NCBI GenBank assembly: GCA_964426185.1
Contig: CAYRPF010000012.1
Location: 1 to 11,148, forward strand
DNA from: an uncultured archaeon
Lineage (GTDB): Archaea > Asgardarchaeota > Lokiarchaeia > Sigyniarchaeales > Promethearchaeaceae
Direction of reading: 5' to 3'
Length of the DNA stretch: 11,148 nucleotides
The position numbers were made by a program, and so were the translations under genes. Below, piece after piece: positions 1-6,652 of the stretch. The stretch's first letter is position 1; every line of letters starts with the position of its first letter. Under the pieces are notes generated by a model. The model made no database searches. It saw only the letters and a program-made list of their open reading frames with translations, and was not told the DNA's origin.

Positions 1-8
1 ATTTGATT

Positions 9-878
9 TTATAATTTACGCATTGAAACTTTAGGAATTATGGGCTCAATTTCAACTGATTTGAGTTGTTCTTCAAATTCATCTAACTTTTCTATGAAAA
101 TCTCGATGGCTTTTGAAAAAACTTCTTTTAATGGTAATGAACCAGTGCCTTCAACTGTAAATACAAATTTATTAGGTTCAAAATCAAATTTAATTGCACT
201 TGGAGGGGCATGATGGGCAATAGAATCTGTAAAATCTGGACCTTTCCAATAATCTTTAACTAAAACCAATTTTCTATCTTCCTTCTTAAATGATTTAGTA
301 TGATCCTTCAATAGAAATTCGTCAATTTCACTTTCATCTTTAAATTTTGAATTATCTATTGTAATTTTTGGAAAATACTTGTATCCAATAGAGCAGACTG
401 GCTGAAATTTCGCGTGATCTTTTCCTCGACCTAATTGAGCAAAAGCTTCAAATACTAATGAGGTACGTTTCCCTAATTTTGCAATTAAGTAATTCTCATT
501 TACAGGATGAATTTTTGGATCTAATGATTCCAAATCACGAGAGTAAACCGAGATTTGCTCATTTTCAGCATGAACTTCACACATCAATTGAGCTTGGCAT
601 AAAGTACATCCCTGACCTCCACAAGAACATTCTTCGGGAAGATTATAATTTTTCAGATCCGTGGTCAATGGAATCAATCCCAATCGATGGGCAATCATTT
701 CATCATATAAAACGGTGTCATTTTCTACAAAGAGAACTTCGTTGATTGCCATTGTGGGAACTTCAGTCAAAATCATCCTGCGAAAAGCATTTGCTAATTC
801 CACACTGACACCATCTAAAACAAATTTAACCATATCTAAATTTTCGGTTTGAACGCGTTCAAAAACTTCAATTTTCAA
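9..878 (-). CDS. rpoD: DNA-directed RNA polymerase subunit Rpo3 (D), Rpb3/alpha family
   Basis: Signature ANAFRRMILTEVPTMAI..V.F.EN...LYDEMIAHRLGLIPL, Zn-loop CSCGGQGCTLC, G.GK.HAKFQP and F.VEGTGSL. The ORF track starts at 893, but TTG at 878 gives the family-typical N-terminus MKIEV and follows GGTGGA (885-890), so 878 is preferred. Confidence 0.97.
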   Translation of the reverse strand: MKIEVFERVQTENLDMVKFVLDGVSVELANAFRRMILTEVPTMAINEVLFVENDTVLYDEMIAHRLGLIPLTTDLKNYNLPEECSCGGQGCTLCQAQLMCEVHAENEQISVYSRDLESLDPKIHPVNENYLIAKLGKRTSLVFEAFAQLGRGKDHAKFQPVCSIGYKYFPKITIDNSKFKDESEIDEFLLKDHTKSFKKEDRKLVLVKDYWKGPDFTDSIAHHAPPSAIKFDFEPNKFVFTVEGTGSLPLKEVFSKAIEIFIEKLDEFEEQLKSVEIEPIIPKVSMRKL

Positions 879-956
879 AATTAATCCACCCATGAATGAG
901 ATTTAAAAAAAATGGAATTCTATTTATGAATTCTATTCTAAGTAATATATTTGTAA

Positions 957-1358
957 TTAACGATAACTTTTTTGGAATCGTTTTCGAGCTTTACGACCTC
1001 CCCAGTGTTTTCGTTCAACTTGGCGAGAATCTCCCGAAAGCATAGATCGATCATATTCTTTAATAGCGCGGATAACCGACTTTTTCTTCAAGAATTGAGT
1101 AATCGCTCGACTTAAGGCAATACGGGCTGCGTCAATTTGACCAATAACCCCTCCACCTTCTACTTTAACATCGATATTGATGGTATTCAATTTTTCATCG
1201 TTAACAATAATTAATAATTCTTCTATTTTCATGCGAGCCAATTCTGGTTGAATTTTTTCAATAGGAATTCCGTTGATTCGGATGATTCCTGTTCCAGAAC
1301 GGACGGTAGCACGTGCTACTGCATTTTTTCTTTTACCACTGGTTTGGATATGCTTCAT
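957..1358 (-). CDS. rps9: 30S ribosomal protein S9 (uS9)
   Basis: GKRKNAVARA, G.IRING, V.GGG..GQ.DA.R.AL.RA and archaeal-type C-terminus YDRSML.GDSR..E.K.WGG..AR..FQKSYR; GGTGA SD at 1365-1369. Confidence 0.98.
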   Translation of the reverse strand: MKHIQTSGKRKNAVARATVRSGTGIIRINGIPIEKIQPELARMKIEELLIIVNDEKLNTINIDVKVEGGGVIGQIDAARIALSRAITQFLKKKSVIRAIKEYDRSMLSGDSRQVERKHWGGRKARKRFQKSYR

Positions 1359-1374
1359 ATTTATTCACCAGTTA

Positions 1375-1854
1375 TTAAATTGAAAGTTCCTTTCCTCGCT
1401 TGCGGGTCCAGCCCATATTATTGCAAACATCTTCAATTGTAACCGATTTTCGGCTTAATCGTTCTTTTGAGGCATTTCGAACAATTATCGGTTCAGCATT
1501 AGCGTATTTTGATTTCTTCACATCAGGAATGTCTGCAATATAAACGTGAACTCGTTTTAGAGCTTCTGCTCCACGATGATTTTTAGGTAGCATAAATCTG
1601 ATTTTTTGTCGCAAAAAAGTATCAGGTCGACTGTTATGGAAGGGGCCTCTACGTGGATTGCTTAAATTTCGTATATCACGACGTAAATGAACATATTTTG
1701 CCAAAATTTGATTCCTTCTACCACTTATTACCGCATCTTTTGCATTGATAATCACAATATGTTCTCCGAGTAATGCTAATTTTGCAACTTGAGAGCACAT
1801 TCTGCCCATAATCATATCTGCGGCATCTAACAATTTCCATTCAGGTTGTTGCAT
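1375..1854 (-). CDS. rpl13: 50S ribosomal protein L13 (uL13)
   Basis: DA....MGR..S.VAK..L.GE..V.INA....ISG, P.RGPFH..RPD, MLP....RG..AL.R..VY. The start is placed at the second ATG (1854) because GGTGA (1860-1864) precedes it; the ORF track start at 1866 is the alternative. Confidence 0.97.
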   Translation of the reverse strand: MQQPEWKLLDAADMIMGRMCSQVAKLALLGEHIVIINAKDAVISGRRNQILAKYVHLRRDIRNLSNPRRGPFHNSRPDTFLRQKIRFMLPKNHRGAEALKRVHVYIADIPDVKKSKYANAEPIIVRNASKERLSRKSVTIEDVCNNMGWTRKRGKELSI

Positions 1855-1865
1855 AATAATCACCA

Positions 1866-2219
1866 TTATATTATAATTCTTACTCCTGTTCCTGTTGGAT
1901 TTTTTTCCAACAATTCTTCTATTGTTATTAATTTCGATTTTGACGCCGCGATTTTTTCTCGAGCAGATTTTGAAATGGCTTTACAAGCAATGGTGAGTGA
2001 TTTTTCCAATGTTCCATTTGCAAGTATTTTTCCTGGAACAACAATCGTCTCGCCTTGTTGTGTTAATCTTTCTAATTTCGCCAAGTTGACCTCGACTCGG
2101 TTTTTTTGCGGAGCCATCAAACGTTTTGAAACATCACGCCATATCGGTCGTTTTGTTTTCCATAGTGTTCGAGCTAATTTTCTGATATAGACATTGCTCG
2201 GGCCTGTTGGATGGGTCAT
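1866..2219 (-). CDS. rpl18e: 50S ribosomal protein L18e (eL18)
   Basis: IW.DV..RL..P...R.EVNL.KL.R, IVVPGK.L..G, A....S.SA.EKI, I.EL...NP.G..VRII; GAGGT SD at 2229-2233; adjacent to rpl13. Confidence 0.97.
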   Translation of the reverse strand: MTHPTGPSNVYIRKLARTLWKTKRPIWRDVSKRLMAPQKNRVEVNLAKLERLTQQGETIVVPGKILANGTLEKSLTIACKAISKSAREKIAASKSKLITIEELLEKNPTGTGVRIII

Positions 2220-2353
2220 TTGTGAAAAACCTCAAAAATCAATATGATTTTCAAAAAAAGAAATAATCCATTTAATTTATTTTTTGCGCTTTACTCGGCA
2301 GAAAATCATATGTTGTGAGAAAAAAATGTCTAATTTAAGGATAAATATCATAA

Positions 2354-2380
2354 CTGAAAAATTTATATGCTATTTTTCAG
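2354..2380. promoter_or_regulatory. Putative BRE-TATA core promoter inside a 9-bp inverted repeat (possibly bidirectional)
   Basis: CTGAAAAAT-TTATATGCT-ATTTTTCAG. The + strand reads GAAAAA TTTATATG (BRE + TATA) about 60 nt before ATG 2430; the - strand reads GAAAAA TAGCA TATAAA toward rpl18e. Confidence 0.55.
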
Positions 2381-2429
2381 AAAGTAATTATTAAACACTT
2401 AATATTCAGATATTTTAATGGTGTAAAAT

Positions 2430-3668
2430 ATGAGCGAAGAACCCGAAGAAAACCAAGAAGAAGAATACGACCAAGAATTAGACGACCAAGATTTTAAAAA
2501 TCTGGATGAGGTCGTAGATGAAGTCCAAGAATTGGAAATTGGCTCGGATGAAGAAGAATCCCTAAACATGGATGATTATTCAATCGAAGATATTGATGGG
2601 GAAAAAGAAGCAATACAAATGAGCAGGCAATGGTACAAAAGAATCGAGGTTGATACATGGCTTACAAAATTACATATGGCAACTACAGGGATTCGACAAA
2701 AAGATCAATATCGCGCCCAAAGTAGACAATTTACCAAAAATATGGAAGTAACAGGAGATATTTCATTCTTTTCCTATTCTCCAGAAGATTTGGCTAAACC
2801 TTACAAAGAACGAAAGAAGGAGCAAAAAGATAAGACTTATAAGGAAGTAATCGGATATAATATATCTTTCTGGGATCATACGTTTAAAGAGTCAGTTATT
2901 TATCAAGAAGCCCTAAAGCACAGCCAAGATTATGAACCGGAAGAATTTTCTAAACTTCTTAAAAGAATAGTAATTAAAACATTTACAGAATTAAAGCGTG
3001 ATAAAAAGAAAGAAGGACATGCGGGCCGTTGGCGTGGAACTTTAGAAGAAAGCCTTCTAATGAGCATCAATAATATGTTTGGAGAAAATCGAGGGAAACC
3101 TCGCCCTTTCTTCTACATTAATTTGCCTGGTTTCGAATATCGAATTGCATTAATGCGAACTCATAGTATTATTGGTGATCGTTATATGTTTACGGTTCCA
3201 AATCCCAAAACAGGAGAATTGACAACATTTCGAATTAAAGGTCGGCGTTTTACTCCTGGAAAAGATTTTAGAGTATATAATGCAGAAACGGGTGAAAGAG
3301 TTGCCGAAATCGATGATCGCATGCTGAATGTTGGTGGTAGAACAACTATTCGATTTAGAAGTGAACCAGAATTTGAATTATTAAATCGTTCAGTCGTTTT
3401 TCGGAGAGTCCTAATTCTCTTTGCAATATACATACGTTTTATGAAAGAAAACAATAAGAAATACCGACACATCTATAAAGCCTTGAGAATGAAGAAAAAG
3501 TACATGAGAGCGATTAAAAAGGCAAAGAGAAGCAAGGATCCTGCAAAATTGCAAAAAGTAAATATGAAATTTGAGCAACTGCAGCGAAAGTGTAAAATGA
3601 TTAAATCTATTTCCGTTACCAATTCAGAGATGACTTTGCATTATAATCCACGCAGGATTCGGACGTAA
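2430..3668 (+). CDS. Hypothetical protein (412 aa): acidic N-terminal tail, Tubby C-like/LURP-one/scramblase-like domain, basic C-terminal helix
   Basis: Long ORF with GGTG SD at 2420-2423; 29 of the first 60 residues are D/E. FRIKGRRFTPGKDFRVYNAETGERVAEIDDRMLNVGGRTTIRF followed by hydrophobic helix VFRRVLILFAIYI resembles, by eye, the last strands and central helix of the Tubby/LURP barrel. The ORF is confident, the fold tentative. Confidence 0.75.
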   Translation: MSEEPEENQEEEYDQELDDQDFKNLDEVVDEVQELEIGSDEEESLNMDDYSIEDIDGEKEAIQMSRQWYKRIEVDTWLTKLHMATTGIRQKDQYRAQSRQFTKNMEVTGDISFFSYSPEDLAKPYKERKKEQKDKTYKEVIGYNISFWDHTFKESVIYQEALKHSQDYEPEEFSKLLKRIVIKTFTELKRDKKKEGHAGRWRGTLEESLLMSINNMFGENRGKPRPFFYINLPGFEYRIALMRTHSIIGDRYMFTVPNPKTGELTTFRIKGRRFTPGKDFRVYNAETGERVAEIDDRMLNVGGRTTIRFRSEPEFELLNRSVVFRRVLILFAIYIRFMKENNKKYRHIYKALRMKKKYMRAIKKAKRSKDPAKLQKVNMKFEQLQRKCKMIKSISVTNSEMTLHYNPRRIRT

Positions 3669-3669
3669 A

Positions 3670-3692
3670 TTTTTCTTCTTTACTTTTTTTTT
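3670..3692 (+). terminator. Oligo-T archaeal terminator after the 412-aa gene
   Basis: TTTTTCTTCTTTACTTTTTTTTT immediately after the TAA stop. Confidence 0.6.
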
Positions 3693-3724
3693 CACCCTAA
3701 AAACCTTTTTCGTTAAATTATAGT

Positions 3725-3872
3725 ATTATTGAAAAGAATGCAATACTACCAAGCACCAAAGGGTTGACAATTGCTTGATATTACAATGTAATGGTTGAAT
3801 TTGTTGAATTTTGGGATGAAATCATGCCTACAATTCAGTAAAATGCAGTTTTGGGTATAACTTTTCAATAAT
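3725..3872. repeat. 12-bp perfect inverted repeat bounding a 148-bp intergenic segment
   Basis: ATTATTGAAAAG (3725-3736) and CTTTTCAATAAT (3861-3872) are exact reverse complements. Confidence 0.5.
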
Positions 3873-3957
3873 TCTTACTTTTTATGGTGAATTCTCAACA
3901 ATACTTAACAAGTTAAGGATAAAAGTAGTTACCGAAAAGCAAGATGTTAAAATTAAA

Positions 3958-3971
3958 TGAAAGGAAAAAAA
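3958..3971 (-). terminator. Oligo-T terminator candidate after the GTPase gene
   Basis: The minus strand reads TTTTTTTCCTTTCA starting about 15 nt after the stop at 3986. Confidence 0.4.
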
Positions 3972-3985
3972 TTTTTACTTTTTTG

Positions 3986-4600
3986 TTAGTTTTCTGTTGC
4001 TATCTTTAAGATCATTTCTGCCGCTTTATCATTATATTTTTCCATGTTTGAAATATTTTCTGCACAAACAATATGAAATTCTTTAATTGAAATCTTACGT
4101 TTCATGAAAAATTCTATAATTTCTTCTTTCATTTTCTCAATCATGCTTTCACGTTCAGATTCTGGTAATAAGTCGTATTTGTTGAAGCAGACGTAAATTT
4201 GACCGGGGAAAAAGCGAACATCTCTGAAAAATTGAAATTGATCTTGAACTGGGCGATCACAAGCGAAAACTGCAATAATTTGTTTTGCGATACGAGAAAT
4301 GGTTATTACACCCATTCTGACAACAGCACGTCCCCTATCCCCTCCAGGTGCGAATAATGTGTGATTTTTATGTGTATCCACTTCTCTAAATACAACTCGG
4401 TTTGGATGAATTGTTTTTGTCTCTTTTACTCCTGTTTCTGGATCTAAAACTGCCTCACCGGAAAAATCTGTTTTTACGACGACGCACTCTTTTCCCCCTT
4501 TAACTTCTGTAATTTTTTTCGTTTTCAAATATTTCACAAATAATCTTAATATCGTTGTTTTTCCAACGGAAACCGCACCAAGTAATCCTATATTTGCCAT
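3986..4600 (-). CDS. Small P-loop GTPase, divergent MglA/Ras-superfamily-like (204 aa)
   Basis: G1 GAVSVGKTT at the N-terminus, putative G2 Thr in KTIHP, G3 position LFAPGGD (no Asp, no Gln), G4 NKYD, G5-like VCA. GGAGGG SD lies inside the end of the upstream gene. Confidence 0.88.
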   Translation of the reverse strand: MANIGLLGAVSVGKTTILRLFVKYLKTKKITEVKGGKECVVVKTDFSGEAVLDPETGVKETKTIHPNRVVFREVDTHKNHTLFAPGGDRGRAVVRMGVITISRIAKQIIAVFACDRPVQDQFQFFRDVRFFPGQIYVCFNKYDLLPESERESMIEKMKEEIIEFFMKRKISIKEFHIVCAENISNMEKYNDKAAEMILKIATEN

Positions 4601-4602
4601 TT

Positions 4603-5436
4603 TTATCCCTCCCCTTCATCGATTTCTTCGATTTCAAGTAGTTGATTCAAAAATGTTTCATAATCACCCACTAAAAATTGTTCTAACATGGAATTATTGT
4701 GAACTTCGATTAATGCCATCATTAAATCTTTTAATGAAGTTGCACTTCGAATGAATTTTACGAAATTTTTTTCTGTGGGTTCCATAGTAAATTCTTTTGG
4801 AGATTGACCGAAACCAAAGTTATCTGTTCGTGGTAGATCAGAAAAATAACCAAAAGCACTATATCCACTATAAGAAAAATAAACATAATAGCGAGATTTC
4901 ATATTTTTTACATAATTGGACAGAAATACTGTGCTGTATAATTCCCCTAAGAATAATTCTTCATCTTGCTTCAAAGTATAATATGGGGCAATTGGTGATT
5001 TTAAGCCTGGTGGAAACATTTCTGCGGGTGGAAGGGATACGAATGGAAGTTTTTCTTCTATTATTGCCCATAAATCATCCCGTCCTTTTTCAGTTAATAT
5101 TTCCTTGATTTCATCGTAAGCAAATGCAAAATCTGCTTGAAAACTAATTAATGATGATAAATAAACAGATAAACAAGCAAAAGTTGCGTCTAAAATTGGT
5201 CTTTTTTTAGAACTTGAAGGTTTAATTGCGCCTCTCCATGATCGAATGGCGGAATATGCCCATCCACGAGTATCGAAGAAATTTCCACTTAAAAAAATAA
5301 AATTGATATCAGTTTCGTTAATGCCCAGTAATTCTTTTGCTTTATTGACTAAGGCAACTTCCACTTCATCACTATTATATGTTGAGTGTATTTTGGGGTA
5401 AATTAGAATCGCTTTCTTTGCTTTTTTTGCCATCAT
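4603..5436 (-). CDS. Hypothetical protein (~277 aa), probably translationally coupled to the GTPase
   Basis: Long ORF with globular composition; its stop is 2 nt before the GTPase ATG. The start is ambiguous (TTG 5439, ATG 5436, ATG 5433). No family recognised with confidence. Confidence 0.82.
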   Translation of the reverse strand: MMAKKAKKAILIYPKIHSTYNSDEVEVALVNKAKELLGINETDINFIFLSGNFFDTRGWAYSAIRSWRGAIKPSSSKKRPILDATFACLSVYLSSLISFQADFAFAYDEIKEILTEKGRDDLWAIIEEKLPFVSLPPAEMFPPGLKSPIAPYYTLKQDEELFLGELYSTVFLSNYVKNMKSRYYVYFSYSGYSAFGYFSDLPRTDNFGFGQSPKEFTMEPTEKNFVKFIRSATSLKDLMMALIEVHNNSMLEQFLVGDYETFLNQLLEIEEIDEGEG

Positions 5437-5450
5437 CAATTCTACTCTTC

Positions 5451-5464
5451 TATTTATAAATATA
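5451..5464 (-). promoter_or_regulatory. Putative TATA box for a leaderless or short-leader transcript of the 278-aa + GTPase pair
   Basis: The minus strand reads TATATTTATAAATA about 20-30 nt upstream of the ATGs, and there is no clear SD. Confidence 0.35.
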
Positions 5465-5539
5465 ATTAGTTATGAGTTATGCTTTAAGATTTTGCTTTTG
5501 TTTTTTTGCAAAATAACTCAGAGAAATTAAAGCGCAATT

Positions 5540-6100
5540 CTATTTATCTGCAGCATTTTCCAGATTTTTCAGAATATATCTTTTAAATTCATCATATATT
5601 AAGATAAAACTTTCATAATTTTGAACATTTTGTAGAATGATTGAAGATATTAACGTATCCAATGGAGTTTCTAACTTTACGACATGGGATTGAAGGTTTT
5701 GTTCGGTTTTTTTGAGAGGAACTAAAATGGGTTTAATTATTTCTGTAATGAATCTTTCTTGATTAATATTTATTTGTTCCGGATGAGAAAATCGAATTTT
5801 AATGGTATTTTTTGAAAAATTAAGATCTGCAATTAAATCATCAGTGTTGGGGACGAAAATTTTCTTGTTAAATTGGAACCTATCTGAGGTTACTTCCTTT
5901 TTCGCCGCTGTTTCTGCATCAATTAAGTTAGCTGCAGATATAAAACTCTCTTTTGAGATTAAATTGGTTATTTTTTCCACTAGTTCCTTAAAAATGTCTA
6001 TTTCTTTTTGAAAATCTTCGATGTACTCTTCTTTTTTTTTAATTAACTTAATTAATTCTTCTTTAAGCTGCAAGAGAATTTTGATATCTGCTTCTTTCAT
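5540..6100 (-). CDS. Hypothetical protein (186 aa): N-terminal coiled coil, SF..A..L motif, C-terminal alpha/beta domain
   Basis: Heptad-like helix over residues 1-50 ending KESFISAANL. The layout recalls an uncharacterised TACK/Asgard family (recollection, not searched). Confidence 0.8.
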   Translation of the reverse strand: MKEADIKILLQLKEELIKLIKKKEEYIEDFQKEIDIFKELVEKITNLISKESFISAANLIDAETAAKKEVTSDRFQFNKKIFVPNTDDLIADLNFSKNTIKIRFSHPEQININQERFITEIIKPILVPLKKTEQNLQSHVVKLETPLDTLISSIILQNVQNYESFILIYDEFKRYILKNLENAADK

Positions 6101-6159
6101 ACAAAATTTATTAGTACAAAAAGAATAAAAAAGATGGGTATTTTCGAATTTGTAAATTA

Positions 6160-6480
6160 TTATGATTTCAATTTCAATTTTTTAGTTTTTGTAACCGGAA
6201 GAGTGGGGTTTATTTCTTCTAAGGTTTTTATTAAAGCCGGAACTTCATCTTGGAATAAAGCCTCTTGAAACTGTAAATACATTTCATAGTCGGCTATAAA
6301 CAAGCCTTTTCTTTTCTTTGGCTTTCCCGTTACCTTATCAACAGGATTGATTTCGACCATTAAGCGCGCTTCTCTTGTTTTTGTTCCAGGAATTTTAACT
6401 ACAAAGACACCTGGAATATCTGTTTCCATTTTTTCCCAATCTTGACCAGTTTTTAGAAAATTTTCCAAATCTTCAATCAT
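6160..6480 (-). CDS. Conserved archaeal hypothetical protein (106 aa), possibly nucleic-acid binding
   Basis: L..FL..G.DWE...T.IPGVF.VK.P, L.VEINPV...GKP.KRKGL and L...LEE.NP recall a small uncharacterised archaeal family; GTGA SD at 6487-6490. Confidence 0.85.
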   Translation of the reverse strand: MIEDLENFLKTGQDWEKMETDIPGVFVVKIPGTKTREARLMVEINPVDKVTGKPKKRKGLFIADYEMYLQFQEALFQDEVPALIKTLEEINPTLPVTKTKKLKLKS

Positions 6481-6525
6481 TTTTAATCACGACAAATTAG
6501 TGAGTATGAATAACAAGAATTCGTA

Positions 6526-6558
6526 ATTTAAATCTTTTGTGTTACACCTATGTGTTAC
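6526..6558. promoter_or_regulatory. BRE-TATA for the 106-aa gene, overlapped by a TGTGTTAC direct repeat (candidate RHH operator)
   Basis: Minus strand ACAAAAG-A-TTTAAAT (6540-6526); TGTGTTAC at 6538-6545 and 6551-6558. Confidence 0.5.
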
Positions 6559-6652
6559 GACTATAGAGTATTGATTATTTCTATTCTTTTAATAATAATA
6601 TTTTTTAAGAAAATTTAATCATTCATTATAATCTAGATTTGAGGAATAAAAA

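Noticed and set aside
597-629. CxC-x4-CxxC Zn motif in Rpo3 as a eukaryote-specific trait
   Set aside because: Similar Cys clusters occur in many archaeal Rpo3 proteins, so it is not unusual.
905-937. GAATTCTATT direct repeat (915-924, 928-937) and a minus-strand T8 run between rps9 and rpo3
   Set aside because: Could be an attenuator or operator, but it is short, AT-rich and has only two copies, so support is insufficient.
458-2190. Plus-strand ORFs 458-745, 661-852, 1248-1442 and 1846-2190
   Set aside because: Antisense shadows of rpo3, rps9, rpl13 and rpl18e, with no recognisable motifs.
2220-2429. tRNA gene often found next to archaeal rpl18e
   Set aside because: No GC-rich cloverleaf or GTTCRA T-loop is present.
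3182-6011. ORFs 3182-3472 (-), 4797-5108 (+) and 5802-6011 (+)
   Set aside because: Each lies entirely antisense within a longer, better-supported gene.
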